A DNA stretch of 37,148 nucleotides from contig PKZK01000196.1 in NCBI GenBank assembly GCA_003133025.1, positions 1-37,148 on the forward strand. The letters are read 5' to 3'. This stretch comes from Vulcanimicrobiota bacterium. Lineage in GTDB: Bacteria; Vulcanimicrobiota; Vulcanimicrobiia; Vulcanimicrobiales; Vulcanimicrobiaceae. The notes beneath the pieces were generated by a model. It was not told the DNA's origin and searched no databases. It saw only the letters and a program-made list of their open reading frames with translations. Shown here one piece after another: positions 26,423-35,800 of the stretch (position 1 is the first letter of the stretch; the number at the start of each line of letters is the position of its first letter). The translations under genes and the position numbers were made by a program.

Positions 26423-26623
26423 TTAAGTAAGAACGGCTCGTAACCGCCCGCTCCCGGGCAGGTTAGCTCGGTGGGCCTGCGCTGTAGGCCAGAGGGACCG
26501 AATTGCCCAGTTGCGGAAGAGGACGTCCTCGTACTGGAAACATTACCTGGGCAAACTCGGCGCGCCCGGAGCCGGGTTTCGTGCAACCGACCGGCGCAGC
26601 TGACATCGTGAGGAGTCCGGACA

Positions 26624-27532
26624 TTGAGACACCTACCAAAGTATGTTGCCTTGGCGGCGTTCGTTGCACTTGCCGGATGTAATAACGGCACCGCCGGGAC
26701 GCCCGTCCCGGTCAGCCCGCAATCGGTATCGCAATCCGGCGCCGTCGGCCCGCTGAAAAAGTCAGGCGGCTATACGACCAAATGGGTCCAACTCGTCATT
26801 TTCGAAAACGAGTCGTACGACGACATCATCGGCAATTCGTCGGCGCCGTACATCAACGGCTTGGCCAAATCGTGGGCGTTGATGACGCAGAGTTTCGCCA
26901 TAACGCATCCGAGCGAACCCAACTACTTGGCGCTGTTCAGCGGCTCGACCCAAGGCGTGACCTCCGACGAATGCCCGGTCTCGTTCAGCGCGAAAAACCT
27001 CGGCAGCGAACTGATCGCCAAGAAGATCTCGTTCACCGGTTTCGCCGAAAGCATGCCCAGCAACGGCTTCACGGGATGCCAGGCGGATCCCGATAAATTG
27101 CCCAGCGGCTACCTGTACATGCGCAAGCACGTGCCGTGGACCGACTTCACCAACGTTCCCGCAGCCGACAGCCAGGTGTACTCCAGCCCGCTCAGCCAGC
27201 CGCCTTCCCGATTCACCTGGATCACGCCCAATATGTGCGACGACATGCACGATTGCTCGATCGCCGACGGCGACACGTGGGCCTCGAAAAACCTCCCGGG
27301 CCTGATCGCGTGGGACACCGCAAACGACGGCCTCTTGATCCTGACGTTCGACGAAAACGATGGAAGCGCGGGAAATCAGATTGCGACGATCCTCATCGGC
27401 AACGTGAATCCGGGGCAGTACAGCCAAACGATCAATCACTACAGCGTGCTGCGTACGATCGAAGACATCTTCAAGCTCAAACCGGTCGGCAATTCGGCGA
27501 CGGCCACCGCGATCCAAGGGGTCGTGAAATAG
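26624..27532 (+). CDS. Lipoprotein phosphoesterase (AcpA/SapM/phospholipase C superfamily)
   Basis: AGGAG SD with TTG start, lipobox LAGC, FENESYD, THPSEPNY, DMHD, TFDE, NHYSVLRTIED. Confidence 0.88.
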   Translation: MRHLPKYVALAAFVALAGCNNGTAGTPVPVSPQSVSQSGAVGPLKKSGGYTTKWVQLVIFENESYDDIIGNSSAPYINGLAKSWALMTQSFAITHPSEPNYLALFSGSTQGVTSDECPVSFSAKNLGSELIAKKISFTGFAESMPSNGFTGCQADPDKLPSGYLYMRKHVPWTDFTNVPAADSQVYSSPLSQPPSRFTWITPNMCDDMHDCSIADGDTWASKNLPGLIAWDTANDGLLILTFDENDGSAGNQIATILIGNVNPGQYSQTINHYSVLRTIEDIFKLKPVGNSATATAIQGVVK

Positions 27533-27557
27533 CGCCGTTACCCTGAACGTCTCCAGG

Positions 27558-30500
27558 GTGGGCGGTCCGGCAACGCCGGCCGCCCACCACCTCGGCAGGG
27601 CGACACTCCTCGCCCTCTGTTTTCTGGCTTCGTTCGTTGCCGGGTGTGCCGGGAGCCATCACACGGTCGCCTACGACGGCAACGCTTTGGTGGTCGACGG
27701 ACAACGTACGGCGCTCGCCGCAACGCAGTTCCATTATTGGCGGCTGCCCAGTCCGGCGCTCTGGCTTTCTTCACTCGAGCGAATAAGAGCCGAAGGCTAC
27801 AACGCGGTGGCCCTGGATTTTTATTGGGGCTATCACTCCGCTCATCGCGGAGCGTTCGATTTCACCGGCGTGCGAGACGTCGACGCACTCTTGCAGGCCG
27901 CCGCGAAGGCGCACGTATACGTCATCGCCCGGCCCGGACCGTTTATCGACGGGGGAGCCGAGGCCGGCGGCGTTCCCGACTGGATGCTCGCGCGTAGCGG
28001 CCGGCCCGAAACGATGGCCGCACGCTACGCGCGCGAGTCGCGACGCTGGCTGCAACAGATCGATGCGATCATCGCACGCCATCAACTGACGGACGGCAGC
28101 GGGACGGTCGTCCTCTACCAAATAAGCGACCGGAATACGCCCGGACTTTCGGCTGCCCGTCAACGCGAAGCACGCGCCGACGGGGTCGCCGTGCCGTTCG
28201 CCGGCAGCGCACTCCCCAGCGCCGAAGACGGCACGCACTGGGGATGGACGGGCGATCCGCTGCACGCCTACGGGCCGCGAAACTCCGGCACGCAGGAGCC
28301 GGCGCCGCTCGCAGAAGCGGCTGCATCGCTGCCGGCGATCGTGCGGTGGCGCCGGCAAGACGACGACGCCGAGTCGCGCCGCGTCTTCGACGATCAAGCC
28401 TGGCCGCCGCTCATCGCCGGCCTGGCGATCGATCCCGACGAACCGACGACGGGAGCGCGCTACAAGCACGTTCCGCGATCGCCGCGGCTGGACTTTGCGA
28501 GCGTCAACGACTACGGGTTCGATCACGGCGCCGTTTGGTACCGCGGTCACTTCAGAGCAAACGGCACGGAACGCGCGCTGCGGCTACGCGGCTCGGCGGG
28601 GCGCAGGGGAGCGTGCTCGATCTGGCTCAACGGCCGCTTTCTCACAAGCGCGTCGGCGGACGACGCGGGCGAGATTTCCGTCACGGTGACGTTCGGCGCT
28701 GCGGCCTTACGCCGAGGCGCCGATAACGTGTTCTCGGTGCTCTTCGAGAACATGGGGCACAACGAGGATTTCGATCGCGACGTGAATCGCGCGCAGCCAC
28801 GGGGGATGCTCGGAGCGGTGCTAGCGGGATCGACGCAGCCGATTCAGTGGCACGTCCTCGGAAACGGCGTGTACAATACCGATCCCGTTCGCGGACCGCT
28901 CAACTCGGGCGGCCTCGCCGGAGAAATAGCCGGTTGGCAGCAACCGGCATTCCCCGACGCCGCGTGGCCCGCGACGACGTTACCGGCGCACGCGGGCAGG
29001 CCCGGCGTGACCTGGTATCGCGCGCGCGCTACCGTAAAACCGCCCGCCGATGCGGCGACATCCGACGCAGTGCGCATTCGCGACGCCGAGCCGGGTTCGT
29101 ACAGAGCGTTCGTCTACGTGAACGGATGGCTCGTGGGCCAATACGTCAGCGAAGGCGGCTCGCAAAGCGTGTTCCCGATTCCGAGCGGCGTTCTCTCCCA
29201 CGACGGCGACGCGACCATCGCCATCGCCGCCTGGAGCCTCGATGGACGCGGTGGGCTCGGCACCGTTTCATTCGAGACCGTGCGCGCGCCGGACGACCCA
29301 CACGTCGCGCTGCCCGACATTCCGGAAGTTCGGTCGAAGGACGGCGTTGCCCGGCTCAGTCTCGACGTCGCAAGCGGGAACAGCGGCGACCGGCCGCACT
29401 TCGTTTTCCACGGCCAGGATGCGACGCCCACGCTTCGCGTCAGGCCGGGCGATACGATCGCGATCGCGCTGCACAACGGCTTGCATCCGTCGAACGACAC
29501 GGCGAACGCCGTCAACCTCCACTTCCACGGGCTCGACGTCGCGCCGACCCCGCCGGGCGACGAGGTGCTCGAGACGCTCGCCCGGCCGGGGCAAACACTG
29601 CATTACCGGGTGCACGTCCCCGCCAATCAGCCGCCGGGTACGTATTGGTATCACTCCCATTCGCACGGCGAAACCTATTGGCAAGTCACGAGCGGCATGG
29701 GCGGAGCGATCGTCGTCGAGGGTCTGCAAGATCTCGTGCCCGATCTCGCCACGATGCGCGAGCGCACGATCTTCGTCCGCAACGTGCAAGACGCTCCCGG
29801 CATCATGCAGATTCCCTGGTACGCGCGGCCGCAGACGCGCGGCCGTGGGAGCGTGGATAGCGACGAAGCTCTCGGCGCGAACGAACCGTGCGCCGCCGAG
29901 TTCGGCACGCACGTCACCGTCAACGGAGCCTTCCAACCGCTCATTTCGATCGCGCCGGGCGAGAAGCAATTCTTCCGCCTGGTGAACGCCTCAGCGAGTC
30001 GCGTCCTCGACCTCGCGATCGATGACGAACCGATCGGGCTCGTTGCGGTCGACGGCTATCCGGTGGGGGACAGTCCCGGCAACGCGACGGTACTCTGGAC
30101 CGATCACATCCTCATCCCGCCTGCCGGCCGCGCGGAGTTCATCGCAACCGGCCCATCCCGCCCGGCGATGTTGCGCTCACGCTGCTACGACAGCGGCCCG
30201 GCGGGCGACCGGGACCCCGAGACCGTCCTCGCAATCCTTCAGCCAAGCGCTTCGGCGCGGCAAGTCGAAACGCCGAGCCCGAGCGCAACGGCTCGACCGG
30301 CGGACTCGGCTACGATCTCTCGTGCGGCGCCCGTACGTAAACGCATCATTCGGCTCAGCGAGGATGCGCGCGGCTTCTACATCAACGGAAAGGCTTTCCG
30401 CATGAGCGGCATGCCGAGCATGAGCGGCATGAACGCTGCACCGTCGCTCGTCGCACGCGCAGGCACGCTCGAGGAGTGGACCGTGCTCAACGAGACCGAC

Positions 30501-30755
30501 GAGGTGCACGATTTCCACATCCACCAGGTGCACTTCCAAGTCGAGTCGCTCGACGGCGCGCCGCTCCTCCCGCAGGTGTGGCGCGACACCGTGCTCGTGC
30601 CCGCGCAGACCCGTGCGGCAGGGCGGCGCTCCCCGGGCGTTGCGAAGATCCTCGTCGACTTCAGAAACCCGGGAATCCGCGGTACGTTCGTATTTCACTG
30701 CCACATGCTCGACCACGAAGACGGCGGCATGATGGCCACCATCAAGGTTATCTAA
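27558..30755 (+). CDS. Fusion lipoprotein: degenerate GH35 beta-galactosidase domain + two BetaGal jelly-roll domains + three-domain multicopper oxidase
   Basis: GH35 part FHYWRLPSP..W, FYWGYH, RPGPFI; jelly-roll parts WYRGHF, WLNG, ENMGH, YRAFVYVNGW; MCO copper motifs HFHG, YWYHSH, HDFHIH, HCHMLDHEDGGM. One uninterrupted ORF with no nn. Confidence 0.85.
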   Translation: MGGPATPAAHHLGRATLLALCFLASFVAGCAGSHHTVAYDGNALVVDGQRTALAATQFHYWRLPSPALWLSSLERIRAEGYNAVALDFYWGYHSAHRGAFDFTGVRDVDALLQAAAKAHVYVIARPGPFIDGGAEAGGVPDWMLARSGRPETMAARYARESRRWLQQIDAIIARHQLTDGSGTVVLYQISDRNTPGLSAARQREARADGVAVPFAGSALPSAEDGTHWGWTGDPLHAYGPRNSGTQEPAPLAEAAASLPAIVRWRRQDDDAESRRVFDDQAWPPLIAGLAIDPDEPTTGARYKHVPRSPRLDFASVNDYGFDHGAVWYRGHFRANGTERALRLRGSAGRRGACSIWLNGRFLTSASADDAGEISVTVTFGAAALRRGADNVFSVLFENMGHNEDFDRDVNRAQPRGMLGAVLAGSTQPIQWHVLGNGVYNTDPVRGPLNSGGLAGEIAGWQQPAFPDAAWPATTLPAHAGRPGVTWYRARATVKPPADAATSDAVRIRDAEPGSYRAFVYVNGWLVGQYVSEGGSQSVFPIPSGVLSHDGDATIAIAAWSLDGRGGLGTVSFETVRAPDDPHVALPDIPEVRSKDGVARLSLDVASGNSGDRPHFVFHGQDATPTLRVRPGDTIAIALHNGLHPSNDTANAVNLHFHGLDVAPTPPGDEVLETLARPGQTLHYRVHVPANQPPGTYWYHSHSHGETYWQVTSGMGGAIVVEGLQDLVPDLATMRERTIFVRNVQDAPGIMQIPWYARPQTRGRGSVDSDEALGANEPCAAEFGTHVTVNGAFQPLISIAPGEKQFFRLVNASASRVLDLAIDDEPIGLVAVDGYPVGDSPGNATVLWTDHILIPPAGRAEFIATGPSRPAMLRSRCYDSGPAGDRDPETVLAILQPSASARQVETPSPSATARPADSATISRAAPVRKRIIRLSEDARGFYINGKAFRMSGMPSMSGMNAAPSLVARAGTLEEWTVLNETDEVHDFHIHQVHFQVESLDGAPLLPQVWRDTVLVPAQTRAAGRRSPGVAKILVDFRNPGIRGTFVFHCHMLDHEDGGMMATIKVI

Positions 30756-30762
30756 ATCNNCT

Positions 30763-31707
30763 TCGCCGCACTTTTCCTCGAATGCGAGCATTTGGTTTCA
30801 TCCCATGCCCGCCGCTTCGCTTTGGTCGAGCGCGCCGCCGGGAGATCTCGGCTCGACGGATTACGCTGCGCTCTTCGCTCCGAATAACCAATGGCCGCAG
30901 GTCGCCGCGCACACCGGCACCTTCGGTTTGTACGCGGGGTGGGTGTTGGCGGCCGGGGATCCCGTGCTCGCCAGTACCGTGGCGTTCCTCAACGCACACG
31001 GCATGGGCATCGAACTCGAAGCGCCCGCGCTGCAGGCGCTCGCGACCTGCGGCTCGGGCGTGGAGGGCTACGTACCCGTGCACCAGACCGTCAAGGCCGT
31101 GACCCTCGCTTATCTGAGCCGCCTTCAGGCGCTGGGAGCGAAGGTCACGTACGTGAAGGTCGACGAGCCATATTTCTTCGGAAGCGTCGTCGCCGATCCG
31201 CGCGCGTGTCACTTCCCCGTCACCACGGTCGCCAGCGAAGTCAGCACCTACGTGCAGATCGTGCACGAGGTGTACCCGAACGCCGTCGTGGGCGATGTCG
31301 AACCCGTGATCACCGGTCCGTACGTCCCCGACGTCGTGACCGCGCTGACGCAGTGGCACCAAGCATACGCCGCCGCCAACGGTGCACCGTTCCCGTTTTA
31401 CATCGCCGACATCGATTTCAGCAATATCGGCTGGCCGCCGCTCGTGAAGAGCTTAGAAAGCGCGACGCATTCAGCGGGGATGCGCTTCGGCATCATCTAC
31501 ATCGGGGATCCGCAAGATACGTCCGACGCAGAGTGGACGGGCAAAGTTGTGTCGCGTTTCGAAACCTATCAGGGCTCGATCGGCGGTTCACCCGATATCG
31601 TGCTCTTCCAATCGTGGGAGTATCACCCGAAGCATTGCCTGCCCGAAACCTCGCCGCTCACCTTCACCGGCGCGATCTCGCGATACATCGCGGAGACATC
31701 GCCCTAA
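30763..31707 (+). CDS. Hypothetical glycoside-hydrolase-like TIM-barrel protein; N-terminus lost in gap
   Basis: Frame is open back to the nn (SPHFSSNASIWFHPMP...). VKVDEPYFFG, GDVEP and FQSW motifs. Fold assignment is inference. Confidence 0.6.
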   Translation, partial: SPHFSSNASIWFHPMPAASLWSSAPPGDLGSTDYAALFAPNNQWPQVAAHTGTFGLYAGWVLAAGDPVLASTVAFLNAHGMGIELEAPALQALATCGSGVEGYVPVHQTVKAVTLAYLSRLQALGAKVTYVKVDEPYFFGSVVADPRACHFPVTTVASEVSTYVQIVHEVYPNAVVGDVEPVITGPYVPDVVTALTQWHQAYAAANGAPFPFYIADIDFSNIGWPPLVKSLESATHSAGMRFGIIYIGDPQDTSDAEWTGKVVSRFETYQGSIGGSPDIVLFQSWEYHPKHCLPETSPLTFTGAISRYIAETSP

Positions 31708-31793
31708 TCCACGCGCGAGAGGGCGAGATGGGGCGCCGGGTAGACGCCGGCGAGTAGGCGAGGGCGCGCGTCTCCGAAGGCGAAGCCTCGAGC

Positions 31794-34559
31794 ATGGCGA
31801 GCGAGGCTCCGGCGGGCGTCCCTGGCCCGACGGCACCGACCGGAAACGTTACGTTTCTGTTTTCGGACATCGAGGGGAGCACGCAACGGTGGGAGCGCCA
31901 TGGAGAAGCCATGGCCGCCGCGCTGGCGCGCCACGATGTCGTCATGCGCCGGGCGATTACGGCACACGACGGCTTCGTCTTCAAAACGATCGGCGACGCA
32001 TTTTGCGCGGCCTTTGCCCGCCCGGGCGACGCGCTGGCCGCGGCAATCGATGCGCAGCGCGCGCTGAGGGCCGAGGATTTCTCGGCCGTCGAAGGCCTGT
32101 TCGCGCGCATGGGCCTGCACGCGGGCACGAGCGACGAACGCGACGGCGACTACTTCGGCGCCGCGGTCAATCGTGTCGCGCGGCTGATGTCGATCGGACA
32201 CGGCGGCCAGATACTGATTTCCGATGCGGTGCGCGAAGCGCTGCACCGCGACGCGTGTGCGGACGTGCGCCTCATCGACCTGGGCGAGCGGCGGCTCAAG
32301 GATCTCCTACAACCCGAGCGCGTTTGGCAAGTCGGCGTCGCCGAACTACCGGACCACTTTCCCCCGTTGAATTCGCTGGACGCGCGACCGAACAACCTGC
32401 CTATCCAGGTGACGTCGTTCATCGGGCGAGAGAGCGACGTGAACGATGTCAAAACGCTCTTGCACGCACATCGCGTCGTAAGTGTGCTGGGTTCGGGTGG
32501 CGTGGGCAAGACGCGCGTAGCACAACAGACGGGTGCCGATTTGATCGATCGCTTCGAGCACGGGGTGTGGTTTGCCGACCTCGCGCCGATTCGCGATCCC
32601 GCATTGGTTGCCACCGTCGTCGCTCAGGCATTGGGCGTCAACGCGCCCGCAGGCAGGCGGCTCGACGAGGCCATCCCGCAGCTCGTCAAATCGAAGCAAC
32701 TGCTGCTGATCCTCGATAACTGTGAACAGGTCTTGGACGCGGCCGCAGCTTTGGCCGATGCGATTCATCGGACTGCTCCAGGCGTGCGCATTCTGGCCAC
32801 CTCGCGCCAGGCGCTGGGGATTGAGGGCGAATACGCTCACCGCTTGCCATCTCTGGCCATGCCCGAGGCCGGACTTCGAAATCTCAGCGCACATGAAGCG
32901 CTGGAATTCGGTGCGATCGCGGTCTTCGTCGACCGCGCGTCGCTCGCCGGCGCCCGCTTCGAGCTTACCGACGACAACGCGCCGATCGTCGCCGACATCT
33001 GCCGGCGGCTCGACGGCATTCCGCTCGCGATCGAACTCGCCGCGGCGCGGGTCAACGTGCTGAGCGTACCCAACCTCGCGAAGCGGCTCAATGAGCGGTT
33101 CCGAATTCTCACCGGCGGCAGCCGCACGGCGCTTCCGCGCCAGAAGACGCTGAGCGCGCTGATCGACTGGAGCTACGACCTGCTCACGTTAGACGAGCAG
33201 AGACTCTTCAGTCGCTTGGGCGTTTTCGCCGGGAGCTTTTCGCTCGAGGCGGCCGAGACCGTGTGCGGAGACGAGGAGATCGATGCGGACCATGTGTTCG
33301 ATCTCGTCTCGTCGCTAACCGAGAAGTCACTGCTTCACGGCGACACGAGCGGGTCCGAGGAGCGCTACCTGCTGCTCGAATCCACCCGCGCGTACGCGTT
33401 GACGAAGCTCGCGGCGTTCGGCGAGCGCGAGCGCTTCACTCGTCGCCATGCCGCCTATTTCAACGATCTGGCCCTTGCCGCCGCCGCCCGCCATCAACCG
33501 GGCATCGCGTGGAACGAGAGCGTCGAGCGCGAGCTCGACAACTATCGCGCAACATTGGAGTGGGCGCTCACGGAGCAGAACCACGCGGAGCTAGGTGGCA
33601 CCATTACCGGCGCGCTCGCATGGTTTTGGCTCGAAGGCGGTTTTGAGGCGGAGGGGCGCTATTGGATCGGCCTCGGCCTCGAACGCATCAGCGAAGCGGA
33701 GCACCCCGCAATCGTGGCGACGTTGTGGCTCGCAGCCTCGGCGCTCTGGCACGGCCAGCACGCCTGTGATGCTGCCGCCCATGCCGTCAGACTCTATGAA
33801 GCCGTCGGGAACGAACGCCGGACCGATCTCGCCCGGCAATTCTTGGTGTTCGCGCTCATTAACGTTGGCCGCATCGAGGAAGCGCGCGACGTCAATGCGC
33901 GCGTGCTCGACCGATTTCGGGCACTTGGCGACTCAGACGGCATCGGCCGGTCGCTGAACAGGGAGGCCCTGTGCCTGCGCAAGCTCGGGAATCTTCAAGG
34001 CGCACGCGAACTCTACACCGAGGCCCTCGCCATCTTTCGCTCGCTCCAGAACCAGACGTGGTTGCCCATGACTTTGGATGACCTCGCCTTGTTGGAGTTC
34101 GAAGCCGGTAACGCCGAACTCGCCTTGCGCCTTTCCGGTGAGGCGTTAGAAATAAAGCTGCGCGGCAAACACGCGGTGGCGCTTGCCGCCAACTACACCA
34201 CCAGCGCAATCTATCGAATCGCACTGGGTGAGTACGAGGCCGCACGAGAGGCCGCATTGCAGGGTTTGCGCTGGTCCCAGCGGGCTCAAGATCGGATCCG
34301 CACGGCAGACGCCATTCAGCAGCTTGCGGCCTGCGCCGCAATCGCGGGCGACTTCACACGCGCGATTCGTCTCGTGGGCTACGTGGCCGCCCAATACGAC
34401 GCCACCGGACAGGAGCAAGATGCGACGGAGCGGGCGGGCTATCTGCACTTTACTTCCGCTGCCCGCGAGCGTCTGGGCGAGGCCGAGGTCGCGAGGCTGG
34501 CTGCAGAAGGCGCGCTCTGGACCGAAGATCAGGCCGTCGCGAACGCGTCGATCGTTTAA
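31794..34559 (+). CDS. Class III adenylate/guanylate cyclase - NB-ARC/STAND ATPase - TPR protein
   Basis: FLFSDIEGST, FKTIGDAF, DYFGAAVNRVARL, GSGGVGKT, LILDNCE, LDGIPLAIELAAAR, WSYDLL, TPR-like tail; no HTH. Confidence 0.93.
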   Translation: MASEAPAGVPGPTAPTGNVTFLFSDIEGSTQRWERHGEAMAAALARHDVVMRRAITAHDGFVFKTIGDAFCAAFARPGDALAAAIDAQRALRAEDFSAVEGLFARMGLHAGTSDERDGDYFGAAVNRVARLMSIGHGGQILISDAVREALHRDACADVRLIDLGERRLKDLLQPERVWQVGVAELPDHFPPLNSLDARPNNLPIQVTSFIGRESDVNDVKTLLHAHRVVSVLGSGGVGKTRVAQQTGADLIDRFEHGVWFADLAPIRDPALVATVVAQALGVNAPAGRRLDEAIPQLVKSKQLLLILDNCEQVLDAAAALADAIHRTAPGVRILATSRQALGIEGEYAHRLPSLAMPEAGLRNLSAHEALEFGAIAVFVDRASLAGARFELTDDNAPIVADICRRLDGIPLAIELAAARVNVLSVPNLAKRLNERFRILTGGSRTALPRQKTLSALIDWSYDLLTLDEQRLFSRLGVFAGSFSLEAAETVCGDEEIDADHVFDLVSSLTEKSLLHGDTSGSEERYLLLESTRAYALTKLAAFGERERFTRRHAAYFNDLALAAAARHQPGIAWNESVERELDNYRATLEWALTEQNHAELGGTITGALAWFWLEGGFEAEGRYWIGLGLERISEAEHPAIVATLWLAASALWHGQHACDAAAHAVRLYEAVGNERRTDLARQFLVFALINVGRIEEARDVNARVLDRFRALGDSDGIGRSLNREALCLRKLGNLQGARELYTEALAIFRSLQNQTWLPMTLDDLALLEFEAGNAELALRLSGEALEIKLRGKHAVALAANYTTSAIYRIALGEYEAAREAALQGLRWSQRAQDRIRTADAIQQLAACAAIAGDFTRAIRLVGYVAAQYDATGQEQDATERAGYLHFTSAARERLGEAEVARLAAEGALWTEDQAVANASIV

Positions 34560-34732
34560 GGATTACCGTCGGACGGTCCGCGGGAGCAGCTGCAACGCAC
34601 CCGACGCTCAGGGCGCCCGCATCGATCCCTCTCAGTGGGGCGTCGAAGGCTTCGAGCGAACTCATAGTGACATCTCCGCTCGGCCCCATGCTATTGGAGG
34701 GCGGCTGTGTGCAACAGCGCAAAGGAGAACGC

Positions 34733-35797
34733 ATGATCTTTCGCGCCGCCGGCCGGTGGGACGCCGTTGCTTCGATCGCGCTACTCTGCGCCTCCCTTAT
34801 CGCCGGGGTGGTCGCGCCTGCCGGCGCGGCGGGAACCCCGGCACTGACCGCGGTCGGCGTGAGGGAGATCGAGTACGTGAGCGGAGGCCGCACGCTTACG
34901 TTGAACCTGTTCTATCCGGCCGCGCCCACACCGGCAATGAAGCCGATGGTCACGCCGTTCTTCATCAATCTGAAGCTCTACCGCGACGCGCCGATTTCCG
35001 CTAGGTCGGAGCGCTATCCGCTGATCATGTTCTCGCACGGTCGCGGCAGCAACGGGTTCGTCTATGCGTGGTTCGCACAATATCTGGCTGCGCGCGGATA
35101 CGTCGTCGCCGCACCGAACCATTATCGCGCGAACTCATACGACTCGAACGTCGTCTATCTCGCGAATAAGCTTTGGCAGCGTCCGGTCGACATTGGTTTG
35201 GACATCACGCATCTGCTCCACGATCCGCTTTGGGGACCGCGCATCGATGCCGGCCGCATCGGCGTTGCCGGCCATTCGCAGGGCGGATTCACCGCACTCT
35301 GGGTCGGCGGCGCACGCGTGAATGCCGAAAAATATCTCGCATTTCAGCGCGGCTGGCGCGGAAATCTTCAGATCCCGGCGTCGCTCCGGGCGCAGTTGCC
35401 CGTGGATGCCGGTCCTGCGCTCGACGTCCGCGACCGGCGCGTCAAAGCCGTGTTCGCCATGGCTCCCGGCGTCGTGAAGGTCTTTGGAATGGACGAGCCG
35501 GGTTTGCGCGCGCTTACGGTGCCGACCTTCATCACCGTCGGCGCGGGCGACACCGTCACGCTACCGGCCGACAATGCCGAGTTTGCCGCGAAGTACGTTC
35601 CGAATGCGAAGCTACTCGTCATCCCCGGCCGCGCCGGGCACAACGTGTACGTCAACGAGTGCGACGCCGAGAGCAAAGCGGAATTGCCCGAGATGTGCGC
35701 CGACGATCCGGGCGTCGACCGCGCCGCCATTCACGCCCAAGTCGGCGCCGCCGCCTTGCAGTTCTTCAACGCAAGCCTGGCGGTACGGCCGCACTGA
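34733..35797 (+). CDS. Secreted alpha/beta hydrolase (PAF-AH/dienelactone hydrolase-like)
   Basis: AAAGGAG SD, signal peptide, FSHG, GHSQGG nucleophile elbow, GAGD, AGH. Confidence 0.88.
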   Translation: MIFRAAGRWDAVASIALLCASLIAGVVAPAGAAGTPALTAVGVREIEYVSGGRTLTLNLFYPAAPTPAMKPMVTPFFINLKLYRDAPISARSERYPLIMFSHGRGSNGFVYAWFAQYLAARGYVVAAPNHYRANSYDSNVVYLANKLWQRPVDIGLDITHLLHDPLWGPRIDAGRIGVAGHSQGGFTALWVGGARVNAEKYLAFQRGWRGNLQIPASLRAQLPVDAGPALDVRDRRVKAVFAMAPGVVKVFGMDEPGLRALTVPTFITVGAGDTVTLPADNAEFAAKYVPNAKLLVIPGRAGHNVYVNECDAESKAELPEMCADDPGVDRAAIHAQVGAAALQFFNASLAVRPH

Positions 35798-35800
35798 CGA

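Noticed and set aside
26441..26590. HDV-like ribozyme on the minus strand (GGTTGC/GCAACT P1, CTGGGCAA, P4-like stem, CTAA)
   Set aside because: P2 and P3 cannot be formed in the required register, and CTGGGCAA is explained by pairing with TTGCCCAG.
26548..26600. c-di-GMP-I riboswitch (GGGCAAAC + stem)
   Set aside because: Lacks the GNRA loop, the GACGCAAAG junction and the P2 receptor.
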